NCBI GenBank assembly: GCA_963169515.1
Contig: CAUJEF010000140.1
Coordinates: forward strand, 96 to 64,095
Direction: 5' to 3'
Length of the DNA stretch: 64,000 nt
Origin: Bdellovibrionota bacterium
GTDB lineage: Bacteria > Bdellovibrionota > Bdellovibrionia > Bdellovibrionales > JAEYZS01
Below are positions 40,993 to 50,463 of this stretch, piece after piece. Made by a program: the position numbers and the translations under genes. The notes below the pieces were generated by a model. It saw only the letters and a list, made by a program, of their open reading frames with translations. It was not told the DNA's origin and made no database searches. Position 1 is the stretch's first letter, and every line of letters begins with the position of its first letter.

Positions 40993-42183
40993 TTATTCTA
41001 CAATTTCTGTAACAACACCGGCACCGATTGTTCGACCACCCTCTCGGATCGCGAATCGCAATTCTTTTTCCATAGCAATTGGCGTAATCAATTCAACATT
41101 CACTTCAGTTCGGTCGCCAGGCATGATCATCTCTGCGCCACCTTTTAAGCTAACTACGCCAGTTACGTCTGTAGTTCTAAAGTAGAACTGAGGACGGTAA
41201 CCGTTAAAAAATGGGGTATGGCGTCCGCCCTCTTCTTTCGTAAGAACGTAAACTTCAGCTTTGAATTTTTTATGAGGAGTAATCGATCCTGGTTTTGCCA
41301 AAACCTGACCACGCTCAACATCTTCTTTTTTAGTACCGCGAAGAAGAGCTCCAATATTGTCTCCCGCTTCACCACGGTCTAATAATTTACGGAACATCTC
41401 AACACCTGTGACTGTTGTTTTTTGGGTTGCGCGGATACCAACAATTTCGACCTCGTCATTCACATTAACAACACCACGTTCGATACGGCCAGTGACAACC
41501 GTTCCACGACCAGAAATGGAAAACACGTCCTCAACTGGCATTAAGAATGGCTTATCAAGCGGGCGCGTTGGTTGCGGGATATATTCATCAACCGCAGCCA
41601 TCAGTTTCATAATTGAACCTTCGCCAAGATCGCCCTTGTCACCCTCTAAGGCCTTCAAAGCAGAGCCTTTTATGATAGGAATTTTGTCACCAGGGAATTC
41701 GTATTTATTAAGAAGCTCACGAATTTCAAGCTCAACAAGATCAAGAAGTTCTTTATCGTCAACCATATCGACTTTGTTCATGAATACAACCATCGCAGGA
41801 ACACCCACCTGGCGTGCAAGTAGAATGTGCTCGCGAGTTTGCGGCATCGGCCCGTCAGATGCAGATACAACTAGGATTGCTCCGTCCATTTGCGCAGCAC
41901 CCGTGATCATATTTTTTACATAGTCCGCGTGGCCCGGGCAATCCACGTGAGCATAATGGCGCTTTTCAGTTTCGTACTCAACGTGAGTTGTAGAGATGGT
42001 AATACCCCTCTCTTTTTCTTCAGGAGCGTTATCGATTTGATCATACGCCATTGCCTTTGCGCCACCTTTCATCGCTAATACAGTGGTAATCGCAGCCGTC
42101 AATGTTGTCTTCCCATGATCCACGTGTCCAATCGTACCGATATTACAGTGTGGCTTATTTCTGTTAAATTTCTCTTTAGCCAT
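40993..42183 (-). CDS. tuf: Elongation factor Tu
   Basis: 396 aa. [33 protein letters not shown]...DCPGHADY...NKVD... Confidence 0.98.
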   Translation of the reverse strand: MAKEKFNRNKPHCNIGTIGHVDHGKTTLTAAITTVLAMKGGAKAMAYDQIDNAPEEKERGITISTTHVEYETEKRHYAHVDCPGHADYVKNMITGAAQMDGAILVVSASDGPMPQTREHILLARQVGVPAMVVFMNKVDMVDDKELLDLVELEIRELLNKYEFPGDKIPIIKGSALKALEGDKGDLGEGSIMKLMAAVDEYIPQPTRPLDKPFLMPVEDVFSISGRGTVVTGRIERGVVNVNDEVEIVGIRATQKTTVTGVEMFRKLLDRGEAGDNIGALLRGTKKEDVERGQVLAKPGSITPHKKFKAEVYVLTKEEGGRHTPFFNGYRPQFYFRTTDVTGVVSLKGGAEMIMPGDRTEVNVELITPIAMEKELRFAIREGGRTIGAGVVTEIVE

Positions 42184-42289
42184 TTCTCGTTCCTCCTAGC
42201 TGTAGCTTCTTTCAAAGCTTATAGTTTTAATTTTCTAAATCTACTTTCCAAAAACAATTTCAATTAAGTCGCTAAATCCATATAGCAAC

Positions 42290-42364
42290 TGGAGCCCAAG
42301 AAGAGGATTGAACTCTCGACCTCACCCTTACCAAGGGTGTGCTCTACCACTGAGCTACCTGGGC
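42290..42364 (-). tRNA. tRNA-Thr (anticodon GGT)
   Basis: Reverse complement: GCCCAGGTAGCTCAGTGGTAGAGCACACCC-TTGGTAA-GGGTG...GTTCAATCC...TTGGGCTCCA. 75 nt with an encoded CCA end. Confidence 0.92.
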
Positions 42365-42399
42365 CTCTGGGCCTTCCCTAAAGCACACACCCCAAAAAT

Positions 42400-42475
42400 T
42401 GGAGCGGAAGACGAGACTCGAACCCGCGACCCTCAGCTTGGAAGGCTGATGCTCTACCAACTGAGCTACTTCCGC
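42400..42475 (-). tRNA. tRNA-Gly (anticodon TCC)
   Basis: Reverse complement: GCGGAAGTAGCTCAGTTGGTAGAGCATCAGC-CTTCCAA-GCTGA...GGTTCGAGTC...CTTCCGCTCCA. 76 nt. Confidence 0.92.
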
Positions 42476-42536
42476 ACATATGGTTTTTTGTATTCCAAAA
42501 AACCTTTCCCATCTTGCGTTGGCATCCTTAGCAAGA

Positions 42537-42622
42537 TGGTGGTGAGGGAAGGATTCGAACCTTCGAAGGCATAAGCCGTCAGATTTACAGTCTGATCCCT
42601 TTGGCCACTTGGGTACCTCACC
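42537..42622 (-). tRNA. tRNA-Tyr (anticodon GTA), long variable arm
   Basis: Reverse complement: GGTGAGGTACCCAAGTGGCCAAAGGGATCAGA-CTGTAAA-TCTGA-CGGCTTATGCCTTC-GAAGGTTCGAATCCTTCCCTCACCACCA. 86 nt. Confidence 0.92.
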
Positions 42623-42663
42623 GATACCCGAGATTTCCTATTTGAAAATCCCGAACCAAAGAA

Positions 42664-42739
42664 TGGAGCTGGCTATGGGACTTGAACCCGCAACCTGCTG
42701 ATTACAAGTCAGCTGCTCTACCAATTGAGCTAAGCCAGC
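42664..42739 (-). tRNA. tRNA-Thr (anticodon TGT)
   Basis: Reverse complement: GCTGGCTTAGCTCAATTGGTAGAGCAGCTGA-CTTGTAA-TCAGC...GGTTCAAGTCC...AGCCAGCTCCA. 76 nt. Confidence 0.92.
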
Positions 42740-42800
42740 CCACAATTCTCAAAAGTGAAAACCAAAAAAAAAGCAAAACTTCCTAAAGATTTTCAATTTT

Positions 42801-42843
42801 AAAAATCAAAAAAGGCGAACTTCCCCATTCACTTGGAATGAAG
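42801..42843 (-). terminator. Possible weak intrinsic terminator after rlmB
   Basis: Minus-strand bulged hairpin CUUCAUUC-CAAGU-GAAUGGGGAAG, then UUCGCCUUUUUUGAUUUUU. The stem is imperfect. Confidence 0.3.
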
Positions 42844-42905
42844 AAACATAAGCGATTTTTCTACGGAATACAAATCTTTAAGTCAAAGAGAATGTGGGTC
42901 AAAGC

Positions 42906-43619
42906 TTATGACTTTGTGCGCCATTGTCGTGTGATTTCAGCCAAACTTATGGCCACAGAAACAGCCACATTCAGGCTGGCGTTTTTGTCAATTTGTGGAA
43001 TAGAAACAAGCTCATCACAAGCCTTTAAAGTTTGAGGTTTCAAACCTCTTTCCTCCGCCCCTGCTATCAAAAAAACTCTTTCCGGAAAATCAATATCCCA
43101 GAGAGATTTGGTTGCTGTCTCACTCAACCCATAAACCCAAAATCCATTTTTTTTAAGAATTTCAATTGGTTGTAAAAGTTGGTTCACTTCATCCAAGGGA
43201 ACATGCTCAGCCCCGCCACTGGCAACTTTTGCCACCGTCGGAGTCATACCCACAGCTCGAGATTTTAGTGTATAAATCCCTTGTAGCCCTAAAAGCCAAC
43301 CTGTTCTGATGATTGAACCTAAATTTTGGGGGTCCTCGACCCCATCAAGACCCAAAATTAATTTTATTTCGTTATTGAGATCAAGTTCGGGGCTTCCGGA
43401 TACTTCTAGACAAATCCCCTGGTGCCCAGAAGCAATTTTGTCTAGTTCCTGCGGATGCACTTCTTGGATTTTTACCTTATTTGCCATCGCAAGCGAACCA
43501 AGCTCTTTAAGTTCGGTCGAATTCTTCCAACCCCTTTTTAATAGGACCTTCGATATTTTCTTCGGACGAATTTTAAATACTTCATGGCATGCATGAAGCC
43601 CAATGATCAAGCGACCCAT
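42906..43619 (-). CDS. rlmB: TrmH/SpoU-family RNA 2'-O-methyltransferase (RlmB-like)
   Basis: 237 aa. Motifs: ...LDGVEDPQNLGSIIRTGWLLGLQGI..., ...FLIAGAEERGLKPQTLKACDELVSIPQ..., ...SLNVAVSVAISL... Confidence 0.75.
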   Translation of the reverse strand: MGRLIIGLHACHEVFKIRPKKISKVLLKRGWKNSTELKELGSLAMANKVKIQEVHPQELDKIASGHQGICLEVSGSPELDLNNEIKLILGLDGVEDPQNLGSIIRTGWLLGLQGIYTLKSRAVGMTPTVAKVASGGAEHVPLDEVNQLLQPIEILKKNGFWVYGLSETATKSLWDIDFPERVFLIAGAEERGLKPQTLKACDELVSIPQIDKNASLNVAVSVAISLAEITRQWRTKS

Positions 43620-43642
43620 AGTCCGTCATTTGTACGGACTTC

Positions 43643-44374
43643 TTACTTCTGGGACAAGTTAAATTTGCTAATGTCGTTCAGTAAGCCTAACAAGTACTCA
43701 CGTGGATTTTTTGCGTTCAGGACAGATCGGCCAATTACGAGCGCGCTCGCGCCCCAGGATAATGCTTCTTGCGGGGTAGCCGTGCGGGACTGGTCGTCTT
43801 TGGCGTCGGACTCCAGGCGAATTCCCGGAGTTACAAAATGATCGCCTGGATATTTTGATTTGAGAAGTTTGAGTTCTTGAGGAGAGCACACAATTCCACG
43901 AATACCACAGTCGTTTGCAAGTCCCGTCAAAGACATTACTTGCTCTTCAATAGGCTGATCCACAAAGTTAGGAGGCAGGGTTTTTCTAGAATAACTTGTT
44001 AACAACGTCACTCCCAACAATGAAAACGGGCGTTTGCTTGAAAGTTCTTTTTCAGTTTCGAATAGTTTTTTGAGCGCATCACCACCCGCCAGACAATGAA
44101 TGGTCGCAAAGCTCGCCCCACATTCAAATGCAGATCGAATGGAAGAATCCATTGTGGATGGTATGTCATAAAATTTAAAGTCTAAAAATACGGGTGCGCT
44201 CTGGGAAATTTCTTTTATAACATCGGTTCCATATCGAAATACTAATCTGGGACCAATTTTAAAGCCGCCGACAAGGTCGGCAGTTTCTTTTACAAACTTT
44301 TTAGCCACTAGAAAATCATCGACATCGAGCGCAAGAAATAGCGGATTTTTCAGCAAGCTAAACGCTGATTTCAA
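43643..44374 (-). CDS. pyrF: Orotidine 5'-phosphate decarboxylase
   Basis: 243 aa. LFLALDVDD...GFKIGPRL...FLDFKFYDIPSTM... Confidence 0.88.
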   Translation of the reverse strand: MKSAFSLLKNPLFLALDVDDFLVAKKFVKETADLVGGFKIGPRLVFRYGTDVIKEISQSAPVFLDFKFYDIPSTMDSSIRSAFECGASFATIHCLAGGDALKKLFETEKELSSKRPFSLLGVTLLTSYSRKTLPPNFVDQPIEEQVMSLTGLANDCGIRGIVCSPQELKLLKSKYPGDHFVTPGIRLESDAKDDQSRTATPQEALSWGASALVIGRSVLNAKNPREYLLGLLNDISKFNLSQK

Positions 44375-46095
44375 AATTTGACCCCCACAGTTTTAAACCA
44401 CTCAGCTATATACGACACGGTCTGGTCTGGTTTTACTTTTATCTTTTCGCCCGTCTTGCGGATGGCAATTTCCACCTCTCCCGCGGCAAAGCCTTTTGCT
44501 CCCATCACGATTCGCAAAGGGATTCCAATTAAGTCGGCGTCTTTAAATTTAATGCCAGGGCGCTCTTCGCGATCATCCACCAAGACTTCTAATCCCAAGC
44601 TTTGAAGTTCCATGTAGTACTCATCAGTCTTGTCCGACAATGTCTTGTCTTTTGGGTCCAGCAGACAAATGTGTATATGGTACGGGGCAATTTCCACTGG
44701 CCACACGATTCCGTTTTCGTCATGGTTTTGTTCAATCGCAGCCTGCATAGTTCGGCTGACCCCGATCCCGTAACAACCCATTTCGATCAATTGAGATTTT
44801 CCCCCATGGTCTAAATAAGTTGCATTCAGAGCTTTTGAATATTTTGTCCCCAGATAGAAAACATGGCCTACTTCGATTCCGCGAAATTCTTTTAATTTTC
44901 CCTTTTTACATTTTGGGCAAGTCTCGCCTTTTGTTGTCATTCGAAGATCTGCATAGAGCGTGACTTTGAAATCTCGATCTTGATTGACATTTTTCAAATG
45001 AAATCCGTCCCTGTTTGCTCCGACTATCCAGTTCACTTTATTTTTTAAATATTGATCCACATAAATTGGAACTTTTAGCCCCACGGGGCCACAACTCCCT
45101 GGGTACGCACTGGTTAATTTCTTAACCTCTTCGTCCGTCAAAAATTCCGGTGGATTGACAGATCCTATCGTGTTTTTTAATTTCACAAGGTTAAGCTCAT
45201 CAGACCCCCGAAGCAGAACCGCGACCGGTTTCCCATCGACGCCTTTAACAAAAAGTGTCTTTACAAGATCACGCTCTTTGATTTTTAATGACTTTGCAAG
45301 ATCTGCGATTGTTTTCAAATCTGGGGTTGCAAATTCCTCGATCTTTTCTAAAGGCTCTCCTGTCGGACGATCTTCAAACACACTTGGTGCAACTTCAATA
45401 TTGGCAGCAAACTCACAATTATCACAAACAAGCAATTTATCTTCACCTGCTGCGGCTAAAACCTGAAACTCATGAGTCAAACTTCCGCCTATATTTCCTG
45501 CGTCAGCTTCCACAATGCGAAAATCCAAGCCCGTTCGTTTAAAAACAACCTTATAGGCCTCGTACATCAGCCAATAACTTTTGAGAGCCGATTCACGGTC
45601 TACGTCAAAAGAATAAGCGTCTTTCATTATAAATTCGCGGCCCCTCATAAGCCCGTAGCGTGGACGAATTTCATCCCGGTATTTAGTTTGGATTTGATAG
45701 ATGTTTTTGGGAAGGTCCCGATAACTCTTTATATCCTTGCGAATCAAATCCGTGACAACTTCTTCGTGGGTGGGCCCCAAACAAAACCATTGTTTATTCC
45801 GATTCTCCATCTTCAAAAGCAGATCGCCATACTCTTGCCAACGCCCGGATTCGTCCCAAAGCTCCTTGGGTTGTACCATGGGCATAAGTACCTCTGTGCA
45901 ACCACGTCTGTCGAATTCTTCTCGTAATATTCTTTCAATTTTTCTTAAAACTCGAAGCGCTAGGTTCTGGTACGTAAATACGCCCGGTCCCAGCTTACGA
46001 ATATACCCACCTCGAACTAAAAGTTTGTGACTTTCAAGTTCGGCATCTGCAGGAGCTTCTCTTAGGGTAAAAATATGGGCTTGGTTCCATTTCAT
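44371..46095 (-). CDS. proS: Proline--tRNA ligase (bacterial type with editing insertion)
   Basis: 574 aa. ...ELESHKLLVRGGYIRKLGPGVFTY...YQIQTKYRDEIRPRYGLMRGREFIMKDAYSF...GCYGIGVSR... Confidence 0.93.
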   Translation of the reverse strand: MKWNQAHIFTLREAPADAELESHKLLVRGGYIRKLGPGVFTYQNLALRVLRKIERILREEFDRRGCTEVLMPMVQPKELWDESGRWQEYGDLLLKMENRNKQWFCLGPTHEEVVTDLIRKDIKSYRDLPKNIYQIQTKYRDEIRPRYGLMRGREFIMKDAYSFDVDRESALKSYWLMYEAYKVVFKRTGLDFRIVEADAGNIGGSLTHEFQVLAAAGEDKLLVCDNCEFAANIEVAPSVFEDRPTGEPLEKIEEFATPDLKTIADLAKSLKIKERDLVKTLFVKGVDGKPVAVLLRGSDELNLVKLKNTIGSVNPPEFLTDEEVKKLTSAYPGSCGPVGLKVPIYVDQYLKNKVNWIVGANRDGFHLKNVNQDRDFKVTLYADLRMTTKGETCPKCKKGKLKEFRGIEVGHVFYLGTKYSKALNATYLDHGGKSQLIEMGCYGIGVSRTMQAAIEQNHDENGIVWPVEIAPYHIHICLLDPKDKTLSDKTDEYYMELQSLGLEVLVDDREERPGIKFKDADLIGIPLRIVMGAKGFAAGEVEIAIRKTGEKIKVKPDQTVSYIAEWFKTVGVKF

Positions 46096-47459
46096 TGCAT
46101 TGTATCCTTCGTTTCGATACCGTAACCTTTGATTTTCCTGTGGAGATGGCTGCGTTCAACTCCGATTTGATCTGCCGTTTTCGTCACATTGCCATTGTTT
46201 TCTTGCAGCTTTTTAAGAATAAATTGTCGCTCGAATAATGAGCGTGCTAATTTTAAACTTGGAGCGTTGAGGGCGTTTTCAGTTTCATCTTCTTGATTTA
46301 AAAAACCAGCGATTTCCAATGACTCTACGTCAACAGTAGTACCTGAATTTAATATATAAAGACGTTCCACAAAGTTTTTCAGCTCACGAATATTTCCTGG
46401 CCAATTGTAATTCGACATTTCTTTCAATGCTCTCTCTGCAAATGCTTTTATCTGGGTTCCATTCTCACGAGCAAAAAAATTACTAAAGTGATGCGCTAAA
46501 AGTGGAACATCTTCTTTGCGATCACGCAATGGAGCAATCGAAATGGGGACCAAGTTTAAGCGTTCATATAAATTTTTATTAAACAATCCTGACTTTACCA
46601 GTCCAATTAGCGGGGTTGTTGAAGCCCCGATCAATCGAACCGATGTCGGGATCAGCTCCTGTCCGCCCAACCGCGAAAATGAACGGGATTGCATCACTTG
46701 GAGCAGCTTTGCTTGGGTTTCCATGCCGAGGGAGCCGATTTCGTTTATAAACACAGTACCAGAACCTGCAATTTCTAGTTTCCCTTTTTGCAGAGATTTT
46801 GCGCCCGGGAAAAAACCTTTTTCGTAACCAAACAATTCAGCCTCTAAGACATCCCCTGCCGCTGTTCGCGTGTTTACATATAAAAACGGTTGACTTGCGG
46901 TGGCCCCAAGATAGTGGACATTTTGTGCTGACAATTCTTTTCCGACACCAGGTTCGCCTTCGATCAAAATCCAGTTTGATGTCTGCGCAACGCGCGCCAG
47001 ATTCTGCTTGTGTGTTTTAATCCCATCAGAGTTTCCAATAAGCGCGATGTTTTTTCTGAGTTTATTAAGAAGCGCTTTCTTTTCAGCCCGCTCGTGTTGA
47101 AACTCTATAATGTTTTTAATCGAAATTAAAATTTTCTCGATCGAAAGAGGCTTTTCAACAAAGTCCCACGCTCCGTATTTCGTGGTTTTAACTGCCGTTT
47201 CTATAGTTCCGTGGCCAGACATTATGATAAAATCTAAATCCGGATTCGTTTTCTTTGCCTCTCGCAGAACCTCAACGCCGTCAAGGCGTCCCGGCATCCA
47301 AATGTCGAGTAAAGTGACCTCTGGCTTGAACTCTTCCATCATACGAAGAGCCTTTTCGCCGTTATTTGCTGTCTCGACTATGTAACCCTCATCCTGCAGC
47401 GACGCAGACAAAACATTGCGAATCGGCTCTTCGTCATCAACAATCAACACTCTATGCAT
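46092..47459 (-). CDS. ntrX: NtrC-family response regulator (REC + AAA+ + Fis HTH), NtrX-like with a degenerate GAFTGA loop
   Basis: 455 aa. REC motifs VLIVDDEEPIR and LLDIWMPG. Walker A GEPGVGKE. The loop reads ELFGYEKGFFPGA instead of GAFTGA. C-terminal HTH NGNVTKTADQIGVERSHLHRKIK. Confidence 0.7.
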   Translation of the reverse strand: MHRVLIVDDEEPIRNVLSASLQDEGYIVETANNGEKALRMMEEFKPEVTLLDIWMPGRLDGVEVLREAKKTNPDLDFIIMSGHGTIETAVKTTKYGAWDFVEKPLSIEKILISIKNIIEFQHERAEKKALLNKLRKNIALIGNSDGIKTHKQNLARVAQTSNWILIEGEPGVGKELSAQNVHYLGATASQPFLYVNTRTAAGDVLEAELFGYEKGFFPGAKSLQKGKLEIAGSGTVFINEIGSLGMETQAKLLQVMQSRSFSRLGGQELIPTSVRLIGASTTPLIGLVKSGLFNKNLYERLNLVPISIAPLRDRKEDVPLLAHHFSNFFARENGTQIKAFAERALKEMSNYNWPGNIRELKNFVERLYILNSGTTVDVESLEIAGFLNQEDETENALNAPSLKLARSLFERQFILKKLQENNGNVTKTADQIGVERSHLHRKIKGYGIETKDTMQ

Positions 47460-47473
47460 ACACTCTCCACCCT

Positions 47474-49741
47474 TCAGTCTTTATACTCTGTTTCAAAAGT
47501 ACGCAAATTCTTTAATTTTTGAGCGCGAACCACCGGCAACTCTATAACCATTTCTGTGCCACGAGGTTTATTTTGAAAAGCCCGTATGAAGCCGTTATGG
47601 TCTTCAATAATCCTTTTCACAATTGCCAAACCCAAGCCCGTTCCATGTTTTTTCGTACTGAAATAGGGCTCAAATATACGGTCGCGAACTTCGGGCGTGA
47701 TTCCGGATCCATTGTCTTTGATTTTTATCTTTACTATCCCCAATGTCTCGTCGAACACAGTTTCAATCCAAACCTGCCCGTCACCAACGCCTTCCAGTGC
47801 GTGCACAGCATTTTCAAGCAGATTTCCAATCACCCGTTTCATTTGCTCTGGATCAAACTCAAAGTTTGGCAATCGAATATCTGGCGAAAATTGAAATTCA
47901 ATTTCCTTGTGCCCCGTCTTATACAGCACCATGGATTCTTGTATGGCTCCATTTAAAGAGGACTCGATCGTTTGAATTTGTGGCAGCCTTGCAAACTGGC
48001 TAAATTCATTTACAAGATTCTTTAAGTCATCTACCTGACTGATGATCGTCTGCGTGCAGGCCTGAAAAGCCGGGTCTATAATTTGCTCTCCAAATTTTTT
48101 CTCCAACCGCTGCGCAGATAGTTTGATCGGTGTCAGCGGGTTTTTGATTTCGTGTGCGATCCGGCGTGCCACCTCTCTCCATGCCGCAGCTCTTTGGGCG
48201 TTAATCATCTGGGTCATGTCATCAAACACGATGACAAGCCCCAAATCTGTCCCACGCTCATCTTTCATGTGGGTTAGGGTCATCCGCATAAGTAGCGATT
48301 TTGTACCAATTTTGACACGAATTTCTTTTTGCAGACTTCGGATCCCGTGGGCCTTTATCTGCCCCACGAGCTCCGTAAAAACTGGTAGATACTGAGAGTC
48401 CAAAAGATCCGTTATGTTATGGCCGATATACTTATCTGGTGCAATTTCAAGTAACTCGCCAGCACGCCTATTCATAGTTGTAATTCGATTACTTGAATCA
48501 AGTGACACCACACCCGCGCTGACATTCGAAAGAATAACTTCGATGTAACGATTGTGTTCATCAAGCATGGACATCGTATTCTTTAGCTCCTTTTCAGATT
48601 GCTCAAGCCCCCTTGTCATCTGGTTAAAGCTTGTAACAAGTTGACTGATTTCTTCGCTCCCTGACACAATCTGAACTTGCGCGTACTGTCCCTTTGCAAT
48701 TTGTTCGGCAGCTCGTCCCAATCGCGCCAATGGTGTTGCCAATTGCCTCGCAAGATAAAACCCGAACCAAGTCGCTGCTGTTAAAATGACCAATGTCATC
48801 AATATAAGAATGACGAGATAGATTGTTTTTACCGGAGAGGCTATGGGATTCGAATCCCGAAAATCTTCATAGACCGCGGCGATCTCATCAATTTTTGAAA
48901 TCAATGAAATCGGAAAAAGACTTGAAACAACTATGCCGCCGCGTTGTTCTTCGGCCACTCCCGGAGACCAGTATTCCACTGGAACAATCACGCGCACAAG
49001 GTTTCCCTCATCAAAATGATGGGTTGTGCTTGATTCGCTGTTGTCGACAAGAGCCTTTTTCAAAAATTCAAGAGAAGCGCGTGGAATCTCTGGAAGCGTT
49101 TCACTTGCCACTTTTACCGTCGGATCATCAAACAAGCTCGGATAAAACTCTACGACGTCGAGACTGTATGTTTTCATGAGCTCAGGCAAAAGGCTGTTAA
49201 TTTCTTTTAAGGACCTGTTTTCAATTCTCTGACGAATCTTATGCGCAAAATGGTAATTTTTATTTTTTGCTGAAACGTGAAATTCGTTGTTTACTTCGAC
49301 GGCATTTCGTAACACAGACGAGACCTTAACGCTAAACCATTTGTCAAAACTGCTGTTAATATAGAAAATAGAAATAAAAAGCATCAGGACGGTTGGGACA
49401 AAGCTAAAGGCCACAAATGCGGCAATAAGTTTCGATCGAAGCGTGCTCCCGATCAGCTTACCCTGGCGTTCAACAAAAATTTTTACTACGTTTCGAAAAA
49501 TAAGAAATAACAGGAACAATAAAAGAATAATATTAAAATTAACAAGCCCGAAAAAGAAAATTGAATGCTCGAATGGCAAATCCTGGCTCAATGAAACGAG
49601 ACGGAATTCAGTTAATGTCAAAGCTAGAAAGAGTATCGCTACACTGATAGCGATAAAAACTTCCTTACGACGCTTTTTAGATTCAATTGGGCTGTTCAAT
49701 TCATCGGACATAAACCGAAACATCGTATCACGTATGGACAC
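47474..49741 (-). CDS. ntrY: NtrY-like sensor histidine kinase (multi-TM, HAMP, PAS, HisKA, HATPase)
   Basis: 755 aa. N-terminal TM bundle. HAMP region LARLGRAAEQIAKGQY. PAS-like region. H-box ARRIAHEIKNPLTPI. HATPase motifs DNGSGITPE...GTGLGLAIVKRIIEDHNG. Confidence 0.7.
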   Translation of the reverse strand: MSIRDTMFRFMSDELNSPIESKKRRKEVFIAISVAILFLALTLTEFRLVSLSQDLPFEHSIFFFGLVNFNIILLLFLLFLIFRNVVKIFVERQGKLIGSTLRSKLIAAFVAFSFVPTVLMLFISIFYINSSFDKWFSVKVSSVLRNAVEVNNEFHVSAKNKNYHFAHKIRQRIENRSLKEINSLLPELMKTYSLDVVEFYPSLFDDPTVKVASETLPEIPRASLEFLKKALVDNSESSTTHHFDEGNLVRVIVPVEYWSPGVAEEQRGGIVVSSLFPISLISKIDEIAAVYEDFRDSNPIASPVKTIYLVILILMTLVILTAATWFGFYLARQLATPLARLGRAAEQIAKGQYAQVQIVSGSEEISQLVTSFNQMTRGLEQSEKELKNTMSMLDEHNRYIEVILSNVSAGVVSLDSSNRITTMNRRAGELLEIAPDKYIGHNITDLLDSQYLPVFTELVGQIKAHGIRSLQKEIRVKIGTKSLLMRMTLTHMKDERGTDLGLVIVFDDMTQMINAQRAAAWREVARRIAHEIKNPLTPIKLSAQRLEKKFGEQIIDPAFQACTQTIISQVDDLKNLVNEFSQFARLPQIQTIESSLNGAIQESMVLYKTGHKEIEFQFSPDIRLPNFEFDPEQMKRVIGNLLENAVHALEGVGDGQVWIETVFDETLGIVKIKIKDNGSGITPEVRDRIFEPYFSTKKHGTGLGLAIVKRIIEDHNGFIRAFQNKPRGTEMVIELPVVRAQKLKNLRTFETEYKD

Positions 49742-49756
49742 GGTGTCTATTTTTTA

Positions 49757-49981
49757 CTACTGCAATTGCTTGTAAACCTCAGTACCAACGTGAAACGCAG
49801 GTCCGCCGCGTCTCATCAACTGCATGCAGAGAGTCTGGGCGTCTTGTTTTTGAAGTGGCTGAGTCCACTCGGAACGAAGACCTGCGATCACCATCGCAGA
49901 ATCCAAAATGATCCGCGCATCGTAGGTAGATAATTTGATTTTAAGTTTCTCTAAAATCAGATTGGGGGTTACTTCTGACAT
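49757..49981 (-). CDS. Hypothetical small protein (74 aa)
   Basis: Strong Shine-Dalgarno (GAGGAGAGG) directly upstream of the ATG. Tightly packed between ribH (20-nt gap) and ntrY (15-nt gap). No family recognised. Confidence 0.55.
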   Translation of the reverse strand: MSEVTPNLILEKLKIKLSTYDARIILDSAMVIAGLRSEWTQPLQKQDAQTLCMQLMRRGGPAFHVGTEVYKQLQ

Positions 49982-50001
49982 TGTCCTCTCCTCTTGGTTT
50001 T

Positions 50002-50463
50002 TTAAAGTTCTTTAGCTTGTATATCGTTTATAATTCGAATCATCTGCAGACAGGTCTCGGCAGCATCTCGCCCCTTGTTTCCATGCTTGCCGCCCGCACG
50101 ATCAAATGCCTGTTCATCATTTTCTGTGGTAATTACACCAAACGTAACCGGCTTTCCATATTCAATTTGAAGCATTGTACAACCACGCTCGACTGAATTG
50201 CATACAGATTCATAGTGAGTTGTTTCACCCCGAATAACGGCGCCGATTGCTATAACTCCATCGACGCCCATTTCTAAATAGGTTCGTGCGATCAGCGGGA
50301 TTTCAACTGCGCCCGGCACATGCTTAACAAAGATTTGGTCTTGCGTAAAATCTTGGGACTTCAGGTAAGCCAAAGCTCCCTGTTCTAACTTTTCGGTAAC
50401 CTCACGGTTAAAGAGCGCAACAACAACGGCGATTTTTGCCTTGTTCAATTCGATTGGCCTCAT
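50002..50463 (-). CDS. ribH: 6,7-dimethyl-8-ribityllumazine synthase
   Basis: 153 aa. ...IAVVVALFNREVTEKL...VPGAVEIPL...AIGAVIRGETTHYE... Confidence 0.93.
   Translation of the reverse strand: MRPIELNKAKIAVVVALFNREVTEKLEQGALAYLKSQDFTQDQIFVKHVPGAVEIPLIARTYLEMGVDGVIAIGAVIRGETTHYESVCNSVERGCTMLQIEYGKPVTFGVITTENDEQAFDRAGGKHGNKGRDAAETCLQMIRIINDIQAKEL

Noticed and set aside
41357-41923. 188-aa plus-strand ORF antisense to tuf
   Set aside because: tuf is unambiguous. Long antisense ORFs are expected in highly codon-biased genes.
42308-42574. 88-aa plus-strand ORF across the tRNA cluster
   Set aside because: It is entirely made of antisense tRNA-Thr, tRNA-Gly and tRNA-Tyr sequence.
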